A DNA stretch of 64,000 bases, taken from positions 1,610,326 through 1,674,325 of the forward strand of contig BCKQ01000002.1 of the NCBI GenBank assembly GCA_001600695.1, given 5' to 3'. Shown here piece after piece: positions 46,944 through 61,133 of the stretch (its first letter is position 1; each line of letters starts with the position of its first letter). The position numbers were made by a program, and so were the translations under genes. Origin of the DNA: Ascoidea asiatica JCM 7603 (taxonomy: Eukaryota; Fungi; Ascomycota). The notes beneath the pieces are model-generated. The model ran no database searches. It worked only from the letters and a program-made list of their open reading frames with translations, and was not told where the DNA came from.

Positions 46944-49900
46944 CTAGGACCGTATCCCAGACATTGTGTTGACCACTTGGCTCATATGAGAATCTATAGC
47001 ATTTCGCACTCGATCATTACCTAGCATTATATTTCCTAAAGTGTCCCTAAAGAATTGACCAATCCAATAAACTGAAGATTCAACAAAGTCAGAGTTTGTT
47101 ATGCTAACATATATATAAATTGATGCAATCAGTATGAGAAGCGGAAGCCAAAAAAATAAAAGCATTTTATCATTTCTAAAACCTCTTCTTTGAGTGAAAT
47201 ATGACTGTAATTTATCAGTCGCTTCATCTTCATTCAAGCTTTCTTCTGTAGTCGAGGAGCTAGAAGAACTATTAACTTTGGTTGCCTTAAATTTAGAAGG
47301 GATAACACTTTGGGGCTCTTGAATTTTTACCAAACTTTTAGTGGTATTCAATTTAGGCTGTCTCATAAACGTAAACTGCTTTTCTATTGTTGGATCACCA
47401 TGTGGATATAAATCATTGTAGTTAGGAGGATCATCTTGTGGTGGCACAAGTTGAGGCTTGAAAGCATTTCGCACTTTTTTCCATAATGATTCTGTACCAG
47501 AACTATTATTATGATCCAAGCTAGCGTCTGAATCTGAAAGTGAAGTTTCATGAAAGGAATTTATTTCACTAATGTATAATTTCATTGAAGGGTCAGGAGG
47601 CATTAATGTTCCATTTTCATCAAGTTGAATATCATTGTTACTACTATCATATTCATCTTCAATATCACTTTCTTCATGTGATTGATTAGATTCATCTGCA
47701 ATTGAACTTTGAACTTCATTTAGAGCCACTGGAGAATTGGCAGTTTCAGCTGTAACCATTCTAGACACATGCGATCTAAAAGTATCATCTTCACTAAATA
47801 AGGATGATAAAGAAGAGCATCTGGACATAGACATTTTGCCATATGAGCTTCTCTCAAGTTCATATTCTTCTTCAGTTTGTGCTTGTAACCTAGTTTCAAA
47901 ATCTGAAATAAATTTATGGGTATAATTATCTTTACTTACATCTTTAATAGATAAACCTAAAGAGGTTCTAACAGTCAATGATGCTTTACATTTTATTAAT
48001 AGTTTGATAATATTTGTAAAGCCCATCATACTAGCAAAATGTAATGGAGTATAGCCATTACGATCTTTACAATTAACTCTTGCACCCCGATTTATTAAAC
48101 TTACAACAACTCTTGAAAAGCCCTTCAAACATGCCAAATGAAGCATTGTTTGACCTTCTTTAGTTGGAACTTGCCAATTTGGTGATGATGGAGCAGATGG
48201 TAAGTCACACATATTAATACAGTGTAAAATATCATCTTCATCACTGGAATTTCTATTAAAATCATTTGAAACTTTATGGGAATAATTATTTGAATGAGAA
48301 TTAGAGTTGGAATTGGAATTGGAATTAGAATTAGAAGATTGAGAATTAAAAGATCCATCATTATTTGCACCTACTATTCTTCTAGCAATATTTCTTGCAT
48401 CTTCGAGTTTTCCATTCATTTTTAAGCCTACTATTTGTAAAGCTAATTCAATTAATTGCTTATCAGTATCATCTTGATAAGTAAAAACTTGCAATGGTTG
48501 ATTTGGTAAACCTTCAAAATTTAATTGAGCTTGAGATTGACTCAGAGATTGAGAAAATACAGCATTATTTTCAAAAGTCACAAGAACTTGTCCTGATTTA
48601 GAAGAAGGGGGTAAAAAAGTTAAAATAGTACTATCAGACCAGCAATGTGTTCCTAAAGCTTTTTTATCACCAAACTTAACTTCTAAACCAGATCTAAAAT
48701 TACAACCCAATAAAGTTATTTCAATTCCACCTCTTAAAGGTCCTTCTGCAGGTATAACTTTTTGAATCATTGGAATTCTGTTTTGTAATTGAGTTATATT
48801 ACTTCTATTCATTAACGATGTTGTTAGATCAATTAAACTATTACCAGATTTATTTCTATCCATATTAACTGATCTTGAGCTTTGACTAGTAGTTGAAGTA
48901 TTTATATTATTATCAGATAAAACGAGAGAATTTCTTGAGGATATAGGATTTACAGAACTGTAATCTGAAGAAGTTGGATCAAATTGAGAATTATTCCCAT
49001 TTCTTTTTCTAGAATTGTTATTGATAAAATTATTATTATTATTAATTATACTATTTTTATTATTATTATTATTAATATTATTAATATTATTGATATTATT
49101 GATATTATTGTTACTAGGAATAGAAGTCAATGGAATAATATTATTATTAGATCTTCTAGAAACAGGTAAAGGAGTGTAATTTGAATAGTCATCAGAAGGA
49201 GAAGCAATTCTTTTTCTTTTAAAAGCTCTTGGTTCATTAGTATTTGGATCAGAAGAAGAATCTTCTAATGAATTTGGAGATAAAGGAAAATGAGTACCTT
49301 TTGAAATTTTTAAAGTAGTATTTTTTGAATTAAATGAAGAATTTGAAAATGGTTTGAATTGAGAAATAGAATTATTTGGTTTCATTTCAGTATCAGTATC
49401 AGTATCCATAACTTTATCAATATCTTTATTATTATCTTTATTATTATCTTTATTATTATCTTTACTTTGAATATTTTCTATAATATTTTCTTTTATATCA
49501 TTATTTTCTACTTCATTAACATTATTATTGTTAATGTTATTATTATCTTTTTCTTCTGTTTTTATAGAATTTAATTTTTCGATAGATTGATTATTGGTTT
49601 GAATTAAATTATTATTTTCATTAATTTTTTCAACTAATAATTTTTTATCTTCTTTAATTTCATTGATTTCATTAATTTTATTATCTTCTTTAATATTTTT
49701 AGTATCAATAATTTCATTAATTTCTTTAATATCTTTATTATTAGAACTTGTATTTTTTTTTCTATCCATAATCATAATTTTATCAGAAAAATTTTTTGCA
49801 ATAATTTCATTTTTATAATTTTTTAAAATAAATAAAAGACGAAAACCAGTTGAATCTTGATGATGACGACAATAACAAACAATTCTTGCAGATAAATCAA

Positions 49901-50456
49901 TTGATTTACAATTTAATTCAGATATTTTGATTGAATTAGAATTAGAATTAGAATTAGAATCAGTATTTGTATTTGTATTAGTATTAGGTAAAGGATTATA
50001 AATAGAAGTTGAATTAGTGGAGAAATTTGAATTTGTAGAATCGGGAATTAAATTTGGTGTTGAAGAAAGAGGTGTTGAAGGATCAGGGGATGGAGAAGGA
50101 GAAAAAGAAGAAGAAGAGGAAGAAATAGGAGAATTATTATTATTATTATTATTATTATTTGTAGAAGTTATAATATTTTTTAAACAAGCATCAGCATTTG
50201 CATTTAAATTAGAAGGTAATGGAGTATCAGTTGAAGAAGCATTAGCAGAAGTTGAATTTGGATCAGGAGAAGGAAAAGCTAAAACTTCTTTACAATTAAA
50301 AATTATTGCTTTTTTATGAGTTGAATCTAACCAAGTTAAACCATCTTCACTTATACCATTTTTTCTTCTTGAAGCTCTTTTTAATTCTCTTTTTATACAT
50401 CTTGGACAAATATAACAAGATTTAAAATTTGAAGTTTTTGATAAAGGAGATGAAAG

Positions 50457-50506
<50 letters not shown>

Positions 50507-51223
50507 GACTTTTATTATCTTTTATAATATTCTTAGTATCTTTATTGTCTATATCTTTTATATCTTTTATATCTTCAGTATCTTTAATATCATTTAAATC
50601 ATTTGAATCATTATTATTGATATTATTGATATTATTGATATTATTAATATTATTAATATTATTAATATTATTAGTATTATTAGTAATATTATTTAATTCT
50701 GAAATTACAAAACAATCAAGAAATAAGAATTTTTTTTTAATATTTATTGGTAAATTATTAATATCATTAATTAAAGAAAATTTTTTTTTTGAAATTAAAT
50801 GTGAAGGTATATGTAAAAGATATTGAGAAGGTTTTGGATAAATTGATAAATTAACTTTAATTTGAGTTTCAACTCTTGAAAATTTTGGTAAATTTGAAAT
50901 TTTTAATTTATATGGTAAATTATCAAAATTATCATTAATTTTTAAATAATTTAAATTTGGTGACCAATTTTTTGATTCTTTTGGTAAATAAGAAGTTTTT
51001 GAAGTTGAATTATTAAATTGAAAATTTGAAATATTTGAAATATTTGAAATTGTTGAAAGATTTGATAAATTTGATAAATTTGATAAATTTGAAAGGTTAG
51101 ATAAATTAGTTGAATTACCAAATTTTAAATTTTTTAAAATATTTTTTGAATTTTGATATTCTTTTAATTCTTTTGCAAATGGAGAATTATCTAATTGTGG
51201 TAAGAAATTATTGAAAGTATTAC

Positions 51224-51256
<33 letters not shown>

Positions 51257-51315
51257 AATTAAAATTATTTGGTAATATTGATCTATTTTGAGATATTGAG
51301 GAATAATATAGTTTC

Positions 51316-51359
<44 letters not shown>

Positions 51360-51772
51360 TGTATTATTAGATTTGATTATTGTATTGGTTTTAATATTAG
51401 TTTTAATATTAGTTTTAATATTGGTATTTATATTAGTGTTTTTATTAGTATTTAAAATTGAATTTGAGTTTGAATTTAATATACTATTAGTTGAATAAGA
51501 TTTATTATCAATATTATTGATATTATTGATATTATTAATTTGATTGATTATTAGATCATTAAAAGATAAATCAGAAGATAGATTACTGTTATTGATATTA
51601 TTATTATTATTATTATTATTATTGCTGTTGATATTATGTTTATATACATTAGGATCTAAGAATTCATCTAAGAAATCATCATCATCATCAATATCAAAAT
51701 CATTATCTTTTAAATCATTTAAATTATTTAAGTTTGGTATATTAGGGATATTAGATATATTATTATTTTTAG

Positions 51773-51818
<46 letters not shown>

Positions 51819-51899
51819 TAATAGAGAATTTATATTAAAATCTTCAAGATTTAAATCTAAATCTAAAGAATTCAATACATCAAAATCAGTATTATCCAT
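46944..51899 (-). CDS. MGA2: ER-anchored transcription factor Spt23/Mga2 (IPT, ankyrin repeats, C-terminal TM)
   Basis: SRVETQIKV, CPRCIKRELKRASRRK, ARIVCYCRHH, IPAEGPLRGGIEITLLG (IPT), GQTMLHLA and GYTPLHFA (ankyrin), PPNY (Rsp5 site), NDKMLLFFWLPLL TM. Confidence 0.92.
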
Positions 51900-52239
51900 T
51901 ATTAAATATAATATTGTTGAAATATTGATATGAATAAATTGAATTGGATTATATTAATTGATGATATATAGAAATATAATAATCAGTTATAATATTTGAT
52001 TGATAATGGATATTTAGTATATTTAATTCAATTTACTCAATATATTAAAATAGTACAGTAGTAAGTAAGTAATAATATAATATAATAGTAACTTATAATA
52101 AATAATAAAAGTAGATCTTGGATTTCGAGAAAAAAAGATGGATTGATTGATCTGATAAGTGAGTAACGGAGAAGGATGAAGACTGAGAGTGAGGACCGTT
52201 AAGCTGAGAGAATTGAATTGTCTGCAGCAGAATCAGAAG

Positions 52240-52464
52240 CAGAAGTAGAAGTAGAAGTAGAAGTAGAAGTAGAATTATGGACAGAGTCGCCAATCCGGAT
52301 ACTGCAGCGGAGCACGGATCACGGATCACGGATGCAGATTCCTTTTTCTGCTTCTGCTGCGGTGGCCGTTTTGGTCTGACCGAGACCAACCGCGTGACTT
52401 GGCCAGTCTCAGTCTGCTTGCTGTTCTGCTGTTCTGCTGTTCTGCTGTTCTGCTGTTCTGCTGT
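52240..52464 (+). repeat. Tandem-repeat cluster (AGAAGT)n, (CACGGAT)3, (CTGTTCTG)n in the MGA2/ERV14 promoter island
   Basis: Directly visible. Confidence 0.8.
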
Positions 52465-52901
52465 AGACGGGACCCCTGGCGGTGGATTCAATAGGAGAGA
52501 AAACGAGAGGAAATCCATTCAGAGCTGGGTTTGTTTCTGTCGACGCAGCTTCTGTGAAGAAGAAGTGGATTTGGATAACTTCGACGTAAAACCAGATCAA
52601 ATTCAAATTGTCTGTGTGCTGCTACTGGCTGAGTTCAGTTCCTATTACATTACATTATATTATATTGTCTTGTCTTGTCTTGTCTTTTATTACAATATTC
52701 TATTGTAATAGCCTTATTGAACTTGCGCTGCAGAGAGACTAATCATCCAAAGACAAATTTGAATTCAACTTCATCAAAATTATGGTATTTGTGAGAAAAT
52801 AGAATCAATATAATAATAATAATAACAATAATAACATTAATAACATTAATAATATATCTACAGGCTATAAGACAATATAATACTCATATAAGAATTTCAC
52901 A

Positions 52902-53425
52902 ATGAGTGCCACTGTTTGGTATGTCAATTTCAATTTTAATTTTAAAATCCTTTTTATCAATAACTAACTTAATAACTAACTAGATAACTAACATTTTATA
53001 ATTATTTAATTTTTATTTTCTAATTTCAATAAAGGGTTTATATAATTGCAGTTATATTAAATGCAATAAATTTATTCCTTCAAGTTTTTTTCACAATAAT
53101 GTTTAGTGATTTAGAATGTGATTATATTAATCCAATTGAACTTTGTAATAAAATTAATCCATATATATTTCCAGAATCTTCAATTCAATTATTTTTAAAT
53201 TTTATATTCTTAATTAATGGTAATTGGTTCTCATTTTTATTAAATTTACCATTATTATTATTTAATATTAATAAAATTTTTATTATTAAAAATTATTTAT
53301 TAGATGCAACTGAAATTTTTAGAACTTTACCAAAACATAAAAAAGAATCTTTATTTAAATTAGGTTTTCATTTAATGATGTTCTTTTATTACTTATATAA
53401 TATGATATTAGCTCTAATAAACTAA
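52902..53425 (+). CDS. ERV14: Cornichon-family COPII cargo receptor Erv14; two exons, 52902-52918 and 53035-53425
   Basis: The spliced product reads [43 protein letters not shown]...[22 protein letters not shown]. Confidence 0.92.
52919..53034 (+). other. Spliceosomal intron of ERV14 (116 nt)
   Basis: GTATGT at 52919; TAACTAAC at 52961, 52973 and 52985; AAAG acceptor ending at 53034. The phase-2 junction makes TGG and restores the frame. Confidence 0.85.
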
Positions 53426-53680
53426 TAACTATTATACTATATAATAATAATATAATAATAATATAATTATAATATAATTAATATATAATAATCTATTCTT
53501 CTAATATTACTATTAATACTACTATTACTCATGTATTACGTAACTGAGATTGCTCACATTGCAACCAGCACGTGGTCTAACATCACATTAAATTAATAAT
53601 ATCAATTTAGTATTAAATTTGATTCACATTTATTATTATTATATCGCTGAAATTACTATTATTACTGTTATTGATGTATT

Positions 53681-53715
<35 letters not shown>

Positions 53716-54011
53716 GTCAATAATTCAATAATTCAATAATTCAATAATATTCTGTATATTAATTTCAAATAATTGAATAGATTATAATATAATAACAACT
53801 AATAATAAACAAGAAGTAATATAATAATCTTCATTATCTTTACGTATTGTTTATTAATCTATCAATACTTTTGGAAATTATGGATATTATATTCAATATA
53901 ATACTATAATAAATATATTACATCTATATATAAAGTATATATGTTTATATGTTTATATCTATTCTAATTCATTTACAATCAATCTAATATAATATAATAT
54001 ATCAGTTCATT

Positions 54012-57000
54012 ATGAATGCAATTATTCCTGATTCTTCAAATAACTTAAATCAATTTAATAATAACTATACAAATACAGATACAAATAGCAATGATATAAT
54101 TCAAAATAATAATATTGAATCTAATAATGAAAAAATTCAAGATTTAATACCAAAAATTACTGAAAATATATTCTCATATTCTCATTTAATTCAAAATTTA
54201 TCTTTAAATTCTTATAATGATTTACTTAATCTTATTAAATTCTTATCAAATAATAATAATTTATCAAATAATTCAAATTCTAATAATAATATTTCAAATA
54301 TTTCAAATATTTCAAATATTTCAAATAATATAAAAAATAAAAAAAATTTTTTAATAACAATAATTAAATTAAAAAGATTATTTGTTAAATTATATGTATT
54401 AAATAAATGGTGTGAAAATTCATTAAATTTTAATAATTTAATAAATTTATTTAATTATTTAAAAATTAATCAATTAAATTTTGATAATTTAATTAATAAT
54501 TTAAAAATTTTAAAATTTAATTTAAATAATGCAAAATTACCAATGGAAGATATTTTAACTTCATATTTAACTTTATCAATTAATAATAATAATAATAATA
54601 ATAATAAAAATCCAAATAAAAATTTATCTTTATTACCTTCTCATAATTTATTTAAAAATAAATCTTTATCAAATAATTATTTAATAAAATCAATAAAAAA
54701 TTTATCAACTCTTTTAAATTTAAAATTATCTTTAATATCTTTTAATAATAATGAAAATATAAATTATAAATCAAATTTATTTAATTTATTAATAAATAAT
54801 TATCAAATTAAAAATGGTAAATTATATATAATTATTAATAATTTATTTAATTTAGTTTTAACTTTAAATGATTATGATAACTTTTATCGTATTCAATTAA
54901 ATAATAATAATATTAAAAATTCTGATAATAAAATAAATGATAATAATGATAAATCAACTGATATTAAATCATTAAATAAACCTAAAACTACTATTAATTC
55001 TGACAATAATTCAACTCCAATTAAAAATTGCTTTTCTTTACCTTTATCTAATTACTCCTTCTTTTTATTATCTTTTTCATTCAATTTTATCTTGGACTCT
55101 GCAACTTCAACAATAATCCCACAAAATTTACTAACCTCAAATACTAATAATAATTCTAATACTAATACTAACTTTAATCAAAATATTAATCAAAATTCTT
55201 TTAATTCATTAAAATCTTTCATAAATAATAAAATTCTCTTGGAAAAATTTAATTCAATATCAATTAATTCTAACTCAAATAAATTATTAAATCTTTTAGA
55301 TTTCTCATATTCTTATTCTTTAAATTATAAATTAAATTTAATTAATCAACAACTATTAAATTTATCAAAAAATAAATTAACTTGGGGTTCAAATTTAAAT
55401 TATATTTATAATCCAGATTTAAATTTAATTAAAATTAATTATTGGATTAATAAAAAAATTAATAAAAAATTATCTTATATTTTAATTCAAATTGATCATT
55501 CAAAAAAATTAATTAACTTCAATTGGTTTAAAAATGGAATTTTATATAATAATCATAATTTTAATCATTATTTTGATTCCTTAAATTATCATAATACTAC
55601 CATTACTCCTACTAATAATAGTACTAATAATAATATTAATAATAATGAAGATATTAATAATGAAGATTTTTCTTCCTTTAATATATCCATTTTATTATCA
55701 AAAATTTTAAATAAACATGCTCAGTTATTATTAACCAAAATTCATGAAAAATTAATTGACTCATTTACAAATTTTGCTTCACTTTATAAAAATAATATAA
55801 TCAATAATAAACTGAATACTTCTAAAGATACTAATGATAATAATAATAATAATTTTTATAAAGATTTAATACCAATAAAATTAAATTTAGATCAAAATCA
55901 AATAATAATTAAAATAAATAATAAAAAATCATTATTTTTTTCAATAGACTATTTAACTGGTTTTTATTTTTTTATAAATCCATCTCCTTTATTAAATTTC
56001 ATTTGTTCTCAATTCAAATTTGATAATTTCATTTTAGGTAATTCAGATATTTCAAATACTTGTTTCAAATTTTTATATACTCATCATAAAAATAATATTC
56101 CATCAATTTATACATCTTCTTTTTTAAAGAATCAACCTTTAATATCTCAAAGTTTTTTAATTTCTAATCAATTATTATCTATAAGATTAGAATTATTAAA
56201 AGCTGAAACTTTTAAAATCTTCAATTTAACAAATTGGGTAACTTCTTCATTAATTAGTTTAAATCAAAGTGAATTAATGAAACTTAATTTACCTCTTAAT
56301 AATGATAATTTTTTTCATTTACAATATTTTCGTATAAATACTTGGCCTTCAAGTTGGGTACTAATGACTGCTGTATTTAATATTGATTCAACTTTTAAAA
56401 CTAATAAATTTTTTTGGATATCAAATATTAAATCAATAAAAAATAAATGGTTTTTAAATTTCTTTAAACCAATATATTGTAATAATTTATTTGATAATAA
56501 CTACAATAATGATAACGATAATGATAATGATGATAATGACAATAATAATAACAATAAAAATCAAAAAAGAACTATTCATTTTGATTTTTCTTTATCCATG
56601 AAATTAATAAAAGAAGCAACAAGAAGAATTATTAAACATATGGTTATTTTAGAGTTAAATAATACAAATGTCAAATGGAAAGAGGTCTCATATGATCGAT
56701 TTTCTTACATACAAACTTTCCTCAATGTATTTTCAAATGAATATAAACAAAATTCCAATAAAAAATTTCTATCGAATACAATTTCGAGTTCTAGTAATAA
56801 AATTATATATAATCCTAGAATATCCAACATCAATATTACAAAAAACGAAGATCAAATTTTTTTATTAATAAAAACAAATTCATTAGTTAAATTTAAAAAT
56901 TGTTCAAAAGTTTTAATTCTCAATATTAAGTTTTTCAAAAGAAATTTAGTTATAAAATTATTAGGACAATTAAAAACACCTGCAAAATTATTTAAAAATG

Positions 57001-58112
57001 AAAATGAAAATGAAAATCATCATATTTCATTTGATAAAAGTGGAAAGATTTTTAAAATTGAATCAATAATTAAATTAAATACACAAGAAGTTGATAATTT
57101 CAAAGACAAATATCCAAATCGATTATATTTTTTCAAAGATATAGTAATTAAATTACAAAAATTATCTAGAATCACATCAATCCTAAATATTTTAACATAT
57201 TATAAAGTTAAAATCAAAAATATTTTATTAGATAGAGTAATAATTGAATATGATCAGAATTATCAAGCAGTACTTAGAATTGTTAAAAAGCCTATTAAAA
57301 TTCAAAGTCTAAAAATAAATCAAAAAAAGTTAAATGTATTTGATGATAATGTTAATAATTATATACTTCGACTAGAATTACCTGAGAACAATCCACATGT
57401 ATTAGCAGTATCTGCTTTAAATGATATATTAAATGGTCCTATTACATCTAATAAATTGAATATCAAAGATAAAAATATTATTAGTGATAATAATGCAGAA
57501 TTTTTTGATTTGGAAAATAAATATAAAAGTCGATTTTCAATATTTTTGAAATCATTAATGAATATATTACCTTTAGTTAAAGTTTTATTTGAATTGAAAA
57601 TAAGACATGATGAATTTTATCGTGATTCAAGAACAAAAGATATAGGTAAAAATTTATTTTTCAAACATAATATTAAATTTAATATTGTTTGTCATGATAT
57701 TTTAGAATATGGATTAATATATGATATTCAAGCAGATTTTTCTAGAAATAAAAGTGTTAATAAAAAAACAGTTTCATCAATTACTTCTAAATCAATTTTT
57801 TCACTATTAATTGTTATAAAAAGTCGAAAAAATGGATTTTATACGATTTGTAATGAATCAGATTCATCAAATGATTTAGTTAGTATTAATCTTATAGGGA
57901 ATAAAGATTTTAATGAAAAAATAAATATATTTAAAGAAAGTTTCAAAAAAGTTATTACCACTGGTTCAATTGAAAATAAAATTAAAAGTTCTAGTGGGAA
58001 TTTAATGTTATTTCAAATTGGAAAGGATAAAAAAGATGGAATAGTTTGTGATTCAAGAGTTATTGCTGATGTACTTGAAGTTATTCATACTGATGTTTTT
58101 AAATGTTTTTAG
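54012..58112 (+). CDS. RGR1: Mediator subunit Med14/Rgr1, highly Asn-expanded
   Basis: N-terminal Med14 pattern IPKITENI..., LKRLFVKLYVLNKW, NAKLPMEDILTS, NYQIKNGKLY; WPSSWVL mid-region; 1366 aa. Confidence 0.72.
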   Translation: MNAIIPDSSNNLNQFNNNYTNTDTNSNDIIQNNNIESNNEKIQDLIPKITENIFSYSHLIQNLSLNSYNDLLNLIKFLSNNNNLSNNSNSNNNISNISNISNISNNIKNKKNFLITIIKLKRLFVKLYVLNKWCENSLNFNNLINLFNYLKINQLNFDNLINNLKILKFNLNNAKLPMEDILTSYLTLSINNNNNNNNKNPNKNLSLLPSHNLFKNKSLSNNYLIKSIKNLSTLLNLKLSLISFNNNENINYKSNLFNLLINNYQIKNGKLYIIINNLFNLVLTLNDYDNFYRIQLNNNNIKNSDNKINDNNDKSTDIKSLNKPKTTINSDNNSTPIKNCFSLPLSNYSFFLLSFSFNFILDSATSTIIPQNLLTSNTNNNSNTNTNFNQNINQNSFNSLKSFINNKILLEKFNSISINSNSNKLLNLLDFSYSYSLNYKLNLINQQLLNLSKNKLTWGSNLNYIYNPDLNLIKINYWINKKINKKLSYILIQIDHSKKLINFNWFKNGILYNNHNFNHYFDSLNYHNTTITPTNNSTNNNINNNEDINNEDFSSFNISILLSKILNKHAQLLLTKIHEKLIDSFTNFASLYKNNIINNKLNTSKDTNDNNNNNFYKDLIPIKLNLDQNQIIIKINNKKSLFFSIDYLTGFYFFINPSPLLNFICSQFKFDNFILGNSDISNTCFKFLYTHHKNNIPSIYTSSFLKNQPLISQSFLISNQLLSIRLELLKAETFKIFNLTNWVTSSLISLNQSELMKLNLPLNNDNFFHLQYFRINTWPSSWVLMTAVFNIDSTFKTNKFFWISNIKSIKNKWFLNFFKPIYCNNLFDNNYNNDNDNDNDDNDNNNNNKNQKRTIHFDFSLSMKLIKEATRRIIKHMVILELNNTNVKWKEVSYDRFSYIQTFLNVFSNEYKQNSNKKFLSNTISSSSNKIIYNPRISNINITKNEDQIFLLIKTNSLVKFKNCSKVLILNIKFFKRNLVIKLLGQLKTPAKLFKNENENENHHISFDKSGKIFKIESIIKLNTQEVDNFKDKYPNRLYFFKDIVIKLQKLSRITSILNILTYYKVKIKNILLDRVIIEYDQNYQAVLRIVKKPIKIQSLKINQKKLNVFDDNVNNYILRLELPENNPHVLAVSALNDILNGPITSNKLNIKDKNIISDNNAEFFDLENKYKSRFSIFLKSLMNILPLVKVLFELKIRHDEFYRDSRTKDIGKNLFFKHNIKFNIVCHDILEYGLIYDIQADFSRNKSVNKKTVSSITSKSIFSLLIVIKSRKNGFYTICNESDSSNDLVSINLIGNKDFNEKINIFKESFKKVITTGSIENKIKSSSGNLMLFQIGKDKKDGIVCDSRVIADVLEVIHTDVFKCF

Positions 58113-58363
58113 AAAGGGAATTTTATACTTTTTATTATTGTTATTAATAAGGTTTTATCTGAAATTATGGTCCAGTTAATCAATCGGTTTGAAAATGAAA
58201 AATGAAGAATGAAGAATGAAGAATTTCTTTCATTTTCTCAAAGTTTTTATAATTTCAATTTTAAATTTTCCTTAATGGATTTTGTTATACTATAGTGTTT
58301 TAATAAAAAAAAAAATAAAATAAAAATAAAATAATGAAACTGTGCATTTTAGATATGTTGTAA

Positions 58364-58756
58364 TTATAATTTCGATTTCAAACTATCTAATTCAGCTATA
58401 CATTCAAGTTCAACTTTAAATTTTGGATTTGGAAAAGTTACAACAATACAACTTCTAGCTGGTTTTGTTGTGAAATATTGAGCATAAACTTTATTAACAG
58501 CAGGAGCATAAGAAGGATGAGAAATAAATAATAAAACTTTAAGAGTTGAAGATAATGATGAACCAGCAGCTTTTAAAGTTGTTTCTAATCTTTGAATTGC
58601 AAAACGAGTTTGTTCACCAACATCTTCTGGAAATTCACCTTTTTCATTTTGACCAACATGACCAGCAGTAAAAACATGGCCATTTGATATATAGGCAGGG
58701 GAGAGTAAATTATTTCCTTTTGCACCAACGTCACTCCAAGTTACAGGTTTAGCCAT
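58364..58756 (-). CDS. RidA/YjgF/UK114 imine deaminase with C-terminal PTS1 (SKL)
   Basis: SPAY..NGHVFTAGHVG, LKAAGSSL, NKVYAQYF..KPARSC (catalytic Arg), KVELECIA; ends in KSKL*. Confidence 0.9.
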   Translation of the reverse strand: MAKPVTWSDVGAKGNNLLSPAYISNGHVFTAGHVGQNEKGEFPEDVGEQTRFAIQRLETTLKAAGSSLSSTLKVLLFISHPSYAPAVNKVYAQYFTTKPARSCIVVTFPNPKFKVELECIAELDSLKSKL

Positions 58757-59168
58757 TGTTGATTAGTATCTATAAGTAGTATATAATAAATTGATAATTC
58801 AAATAACAAATATCTTGAATTGTGTATTGAAAATATTGGAAGGATTGAATGAAATCATCATTAGACATCGAGAAATGTATCTATTCTTATATCTGCTTAT
58901 TTTAGCTCCATTTATTTAGAAAGCTCAAGATTATGAATCTATTTGTATTTCAAATGGAATTGTCCAATGAAAACAGAGAATCTCTCGGAAAAGACTCGAT
59001 CGGCTGAAAAAGTCAAGTTTTTTTAAGGGGAGATACAAAACCGAGACCGATTTAACGGGTCTTCTATTTTCCATGGATATTTCACTATTTCCGCGTACCG
59101 CGCTTATCCGAGTAAGGAATATACTTTGCTTTCCCTTGCACTGTCCGTGTCTTGGATTCCCGGACAGG

Positions 59169-59200
59169 TGAGTCACCGCTGTCTTGAAATTTGTGAGTAA
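59169..59200. promoter_or_regulatory. Gcn4 sites in the RidA/LYS1 divergent promoter
   Basis: Perfect TGAGTCA at 59169-59175; variant TGAGTAA at 59194-59200. Confidence 0.65.
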
Positions 59201-59385
59201 ATTTTCAATATTTCAGATTTGAGTGCGCCCGTTACACAGTAAACGTTAATTATTATGCTGTTTATTATGCTAGTTATGATTCATAAGGTTCTGGAATTTT
59301 TTTTTTCTTTTGCAATTATTACTCTTTGCCCAATACCTAGGGTTAACCTACAGCATCTTATCTTTATTTCATATAAAACCCATAA

Positions 59386-60624
<1,239 letters not shown>

Positions 60625-61133
60625 GATTTTACTTATGTTTTTTTGTATTATATAGATGTATTTTCCTTTTTTAATTTTATAATTCATCTAAATTTGACAT
60701 TCTTCTAAAAGAACTGAATTTAAAAGAATTAATTTAATTTGTAAAATACTGAAATTTTTATTTATTTGAGTTCTATGAAATTGAATTCAAAAGAATATGA
60801 AAAAAAAATAAAAAAAAATGAAAAAGAAAACAGTTGAAAAAAATTGCAGATTATATAAATGACAATATAATATACATGACATGTTAAAAATGGATTTAAA
60901 GGAAAGAAGACCTAAAAGTTTGAAAAAAAAGGTGTTGATAAAAAGAATAGATACAATGGTGAAAAAAAAAAGACTAAACCCCCTTAACGTGTAAATGAAC
61001 CGAATAATAGTAAAACGAGACAAAAACCTAAGAAGAAAAAAAATTAATGATAAAAAATTTGATGATAAAAACTTAATGAAATTTAAACAAATGAAAAAAA
61101 AATGATGAGCATTTATAATAATATCAATTTACA

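Noticed and set aside
48984-51933. Antisense poly-Leu/Ile ORFs within MGA2, and similar ones in ANP1 and SKG6
   Set aside because: Reverse complements of (AAT)n poly-Asn tracts.
52093-52708. 141-aa and 143-aa ORFs between MGA2 and ERV14; the (CACGGAT)3 array as a telomere-like repeat
   Set aside because: The ORFs are translations of tandem repeats. The 7-bp array shares only a few bases with Candida-type telomeric units and is too short to call.
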